A DNA stretch of 20,000 bases from Toensbergia leucococca (taxonomy: Eukaryota): assembly GCA_022813965.1 (NCBI GenBank), contig JALDZS010000105.1, forward strand, positions 58,141 to 78,140. Direction: 5' to 3'. The notes under the pieces are model-generated. The model did not search any database, was not told the DNA's origin, and saw only the letters and a program-made list of their open reading frames with translations. Below, in pieces: positions 19,593 through 20,000 of this stretch (positions are counted from its first letter, which is position 1; each line of letters begins with the position of its first letter). Made by a program: the position numbers and the translations under genes.

Positions 19593-20000
19593 TTTGACAG
19601 CACCGTGTCAAATAAACACAACTCTTCGAGGGTGTCATTTCGAATTCGATAGACAGTGATCCTTTTGTCACTGGCGAGAGTGTATCGAATGTACTCTGAC
19701 ACCCTTGCATCTAGAGCTGAAGTTCAAGAGCATGCTACTTCCACGATTGCATCAGGGTTAAGACATGCACTAAGCTTGCGTGGCGAGATTGTTCTCGTGA
19801 GGTCTGCAAGGCCAGCAGCAGAATGTGGGTTTTTGCAAAGACCCACTATGGCTTCCATCTCGTCAAGTCCATTATGCACTCTAGAGATGGCGCATGGTGC
19901 GAAGGGAGCATCGATCTACTAAGAATGCATTAGTATAGCCACTCGGTGATGATGGAACATGCGCCTTCTATCGACTTGCGGGTATGGTAATAAGTAGCGA

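Noticed and set aside
11855..20000. Starship or other giant mobile element carrying the cluster
   Set aside because: No tyrosine-recombinase captain, transposase or defined terminal repeat is visible in this window.

Overview
Eukaryotic DNA from a filamentous ascomycete, judged by its short GT-AG introns with CTRAY-like branch points and its fungal gene families. It holds six protein-coding loci. (1) DEF1, a CUE-domain RNA polymerase II degradation factor (+, 447-3554, one clear intron plus a probable in-frame exitron). (2) A Ure2p-like glutathione S-transferase (-). (3) A 5-exon fungal NLR-like gene (HeLo-like N-terminus, NACHT, ankyrin repeats; +, 6149-9196) broken by two in-frame TGA stops just before the ankyrin region. 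(4) A zinc-independent MDR/quinone oxidoreductase (-). (5) An Acyl_transf_3 membrane O-acyltransferase (-). (6) A 2-exon single-module NRPS-like enzyme (degenerate C, A, T, R; -, about 1283 aa). Genes 5 and 6 look like part of an uncharacterised biosynthetic cluster, separated from the other genes by an AT-rich, nearly CpG-free tract. Non-coding highlights are a perfect 4x(TACCTAGGGGG) G-quadruplex-type repeat, recurrent AGGTACCT palindromes, and strong G/T-versus-C/A strand skews that flip at intergenic points and extend into synonymous codon choice. All family assignments come from reading motifs by eye; no database search was run.
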